Assembly (NCBI RefSeq): GCF_009914755.1
Contig: NC_060935.1
DNA length: 64,000 nt
Source of the DNA: the human T2T-CHM13v2.0 reference genome, Homo sapiens
Direction: 5' to 3' (one strand)
In this document: positions 59,148 through 64,000 of the stretch, one piece after another
Layout of the letters: each line of letters begins with the position of its first letter
Numbering within the stretch: position 1 is the first letter of the stretch
Position numbers and translations under genes: made by a program
The notes under the pieces: model-generated
The model's database searches: none
What the model was told of the DNA's origin: nothing
Seen by the model: only the letters and a program-made list of their open reading frames with translations

Positions 59148-59827
59148 GTTAACCACCCAAGAAGTTCATCTTGCCCACTGCCTAGATAGCCGATTCATCA
59201 CGACAGGGGCATTGCAATAGAGAAAGAGTAATTTATGCAGAGTTGGCCATGCAGGAGACCGGAGTTTTATTATCACTTAAATCAGCCTCCCCTAGCAGTC
59301 AGGGAGCAGAGATTTTAAGGATAACTTGGTGGGTGGGGGGAAGCTAGTGAGCCAGGAGTGCTGATTGGTCAGAGATGAAATCACAGGAAGTCAGAGCTGT
59401 CTTCTTGTGCTGAGTCAGTTCCTGGGTGGGGGCCACAAGATCAATGAGCCAGTTTATTGATCTGGGTGGGGCCAGCTGGTCCATCAAGTGCATGGTCTGC
59501 AAAATATCTCAAGCACTGATCTTAAGAGCAGTTTAGGGAGGGTCAGAAACTTGTAGCCTCCAGCTGCATGACTCCTAAACCATAATTTCTAATCTTGTGG
59601 CTAATGTTAGTCCTACAAAGGCAATCTAGTCCCCAGGCAAGAAGGAGACCTGCTTTGACAAAGGGCTGTTACCATCTTCCTTTAAACTATAAACTAAGTT
59701 TCTCCCAAAGTTAGTTCAGCCTACACCCAGGAATGAACAAGGACAGCTTGGAGGTTAGAAGCAAGATGGAGTTAGTTAAGTTAGATCTGTTTCACTGTCT
59801 CAATATGATTTTGCAAAGGTGATTTCA
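59148..59827 (-). mobile_element. LTR8-like ERV1 3' LTR
   Basis: taaccacccaa...ttgcccactgcctaga...ggagaccggagttttattat...ttttgcaaaggtgatttca, followed by the polypurine-tract complement atccctcctttt. Confidence 0.8.
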
Positions 59828-62800
59828 ATCCCTCCTTTTGGGTTTTTATAACACCTTGATCTTAAGGTGTAGGCTATGAGGATGGGAAAAGGCCGTCGAT
59901 CACTCTGGCTTCTTTCTGCTGACAGGAGATGTAGTGGGAATGGGAGTGACCCCCAAGGTGAGAAGAGTAGAACCACTTTGCAATTGTCTGAGTGTACTCA
60001 TGCAGGCCTGGCTGGGTTTTCAAGGCTTGCATGGCAAAAAACATTAGTACTCTCATCTATAGTTTTACTACAGTGTTTAAAGTGACCAGCCTACTATAAG
60101 GTAAATAACGAGTCCGAGGATGAGGAGTACAATTCCCAATTTTAAAAGCAAAGATCTGAAAGCATTAGTTTGGGGACTTCTAACCCACAAAGAATTTAGA
60201 ATTTAGTCTAAACTGCAGAAAAAACCTCAAGAACAGCTAACAACAGTGTACTATAGCTTTTCTTTTGAAGCATAATTTTTCTGTCTCCAGTCCCCATTTT
60301 TATTCAAAACAAATCATGATAGAACTGACTTGTTTACAAAATAAACTTTACTCTTACTGTACTTGGCCTGATTATTGGCAAAAAGTGCAGCAAGAATAAT
60401 TATTTTTCACTTAGGCTTTTTAAACTGGCTTTGATAGAACTCTGCTCTATGAAGACTCTCAGATAAGACTTTTTAAAAGGTGAGCCCAGGCATGGGTTTG
60501 TATCCTCAAATACCTATGAGTTGGGCAAATTCCTCTTCTCTTAAGGTCCCAAGATAACTTGGGGTTCCTGGGCCTGTTAGAAAGTGGCATTCTTTAACTT
60601 TCCACAGGTCAGGAACCTGGTACAGGGACTCTGTGTACACAAGGTATGAGGCCAGATTCCCCAATGGACTTTAATTGGCTCTATAAGTCAACTTTGATTC
60701 TTTAAAAGAAGCATGCCATTCCAGTCAAAGCCTTGGTAAAATAACCAGTTTATCCAATTGTGTCCTGTTACAAAAGGAAAGAGATTCTTACTGTGCTTAT
60801 ACAATTAACTATACTATAATGCCATAAATTGAGAATATTCACAAATAGTTTCCGAATTCTGGAGAAATCAGGTAGAAAAGAACAAATATGATCCAAATTT
60901 TGTTCACAAGAGTATATTTTACTCACTTGTTAAAAGTTGCAAATAGCTCTAAAGAAATTAGTCCTCTTGTCTCTGAAAACAAAAGGTTTAGCAATGTTTA
61001 ACACATTAGCTCTCCATGAGAGTCCTAGAAGTTTGGCTTTTTCATGTACTCCAATAGCACAATTTTTAAAGTTATCTGAGTCCTGCACTTAAGAGTCCTA
61101 TATCTGATCATAAACTGCCTTTTGAAAAGGACCAAAACAAGACAAAATGTCTGTGGATGACAAAAGTCTATAGCCACTATTAAAGCTACAATTGACTAGG
61201 AATTTGGGTTACTTCTGTGGCATAAAACAATTTTATATAACAATTACAATTAATAATGTACACTAAATTATACTAACATTATAGAAGTTTCCCATAATTT
61301 TGGAACACATACTCATAACATTTATACAAACACAGTCCAAAGTAAACCAAACAGCATTTACTCTTCTATTTGAAACTTTTTCTTCTAATCTCACAATCTC
61401 CAGCATTATTCATCAGAATCCTGCATTTAAGAGCACCTTAAATAGCTCATTATAAAACCATCTTTTAAAGAGGACCGAAACAAGACAAATGTCTGTAGAT
61501 GACAAAAATATTTTAGGGCAGCCACAGTTAAAGACACAATTGACAAGGAAATTTTTACCTCCATGGCACACAGTCTGTTACCAAAATAATTATAATACTG
61601 ATAACATATATTAAGTCATATTACAATTATAGGAGTTTTACATAATTTTGGAACATATACCAATAACACATTTACATAAATATAGACCAAAGAAAGCCAA
61701 ACACCATTTCATATTTGATGATGCTTCCTGTATAATTTTTGTACCAAATAAGCCAAATGTCATTACTGGACTTTAGAGGACCTAACATCTAAAATATTAG
61801 GCTAGAAAGAGACATAATTTATAATTTTTTTTTGGAAAGTTGTCAGATATCAAAGGTTTAAAACACTGGATATCACAAAATAGAATCACAGGTCATCATA
61901 AGTCATTCATTTGGCCAAAATGATAACTCCAAAATCTTAAAAGAAAAATCTTTACTCAAATAGGAAACTTAGCCAATAAAGATAGCATGAGGCCAGCTGA
62001 ATTTGTCTCTTCTCTCTCCTCCCCTTTTTTTCCCTGCCATTTACCCAAAGGAGAAAACAAAACCATTTCATTATCTTTTAACATTACTTAAAAATCGTCT
62101 TCAAAAAAGGAAACCAAATTTCATGTTTGCATTACAGCATCTTTAATGTTAAAGCTAGTTATTTAAATAAAATTTTATATTTCTATCCAGTTTTAATTAA
62201 TTTGGCCATAAGGTAAGATTTTCATTAACTTTTTAGAACACTTTACAATTTTCCATCAAATAGCAGATTAATTTTCTAAGAAAACCCTGTTACTTGGACA
62301 CATGGGCCCAGATTCTGGTCCCACATCAGTATGATTTTAATGTGTTAACCTGTGGAAAAAACCTAAATAATTTCTCTTAAATCTTAGCCACCTTGTTTAT
62401 ACCCACAGAATTTTTTCATAAAATTAACCAAACCCTTTTCACTTTGCTTAAGACTTCAGTTTTGTCCCATTACTCTTTTAGGTTAAGACAATCTATAAAA
62501 TCCTCTGAACTGGACAAAATTACATTCTCTTTAACAAAATCCATATTCCTATGCCTTCTTATAATCTTTTACCAAAAACACCTTCCCTATACACCTTGTA
62601 CGTAAAACTGTTTCTCCAGTGGTCTCAACTACATATTATACTGTTAACTCTTACTCCTTTTAGCATAGCTAGTAGGCATGGCTCTCCATATGTTCCCAGG
62701 CCTTATTTATAACCTAATGCTCCAAAGTAGGTAAATTGAACAATTTTCAAAAGTCAAACAGTTTGACCTTAAAGCATTTAGCAAATCTGATATCTGACCT

Positions 62801-63036
62801 TAATTTAGACCAAATGTCTACATTTTCAAGACATTTTATTTTACCAATAATCCTTAAAACTGTCTTTATTTCCAAAAGATTACTAAAGTCACGTGAACAA
62901 AAAGGCATTAAAGCTTCTTTTTTCTGACAAAATGTTTGATTTAAGTGCTTTTTCTAAGCCAATTAATCAGAGCTCTTTTATAGATAAACATACAACACAT
63001 ACAAAAATGCAGACAGAAGATTCAATGCTTGTAAAA
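59828..63036 (-). mobile_element. ERV1 internal sequence (HUERS-P1/MER4-group-like, non-coding)
   Basis: Contiguous with the LTR. MER4-group motifs gccattccagtcaaagccttggtaaaataacc and a tandem repeat of about 340 bp at about 61080-61720. Confidence 0.7.

Positions 63037-64000
<964 letters not shown>

Noticed and set aside
61080-61720. Diverged tandem repeat of about 340 bp
   Set aside because: Lies within ERV1 internal sequence and is most likely intrinsic to the element, not locus-specific. Not verified against the consensus.

Overview
Primate, very probably human, repeat-rich genomic DNA inside the SPON1 (F-spondin) gene on the + strand. The only supportable coding sequence is one 149-bp internal exon (29988..30136, spondin domain; exon 6 from my recall of the gene structure). 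The rest is intron: many Alus, L1 fragments, two near-complete THE1/MST (MaLR) elements, MLT2 LTRs, an LTR8-type ERV1, Tigger/MER DNA transposons, MIR/L2, and a tailless 5S rRNA pseudogene just upstream of the exon. The most notable structure is a complex rearrangement at about 24.6-25.9 kb inside a THE1 LTR. It combines a 371-bp copy of sequence from about 32 kb downstream, a 524-bp inverted duplication (about 97% identical, 231-bp spacer) and iterated templated micro-repeats at the junctions, and it should form a long dsRNA hairpin in the pre-mRNA. Also notable: an old duplicated unique element with a strongly conserved core (about 0.85-1.18 kb and 6.03-6.34 kb), an Alu tail expanded into about 930 bp of TA-rich repeat, and a possible L1 3' transduction. 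I found no new protein-coding system. Repeat subfamily names are by-eye matches to remembered consensus sequences.
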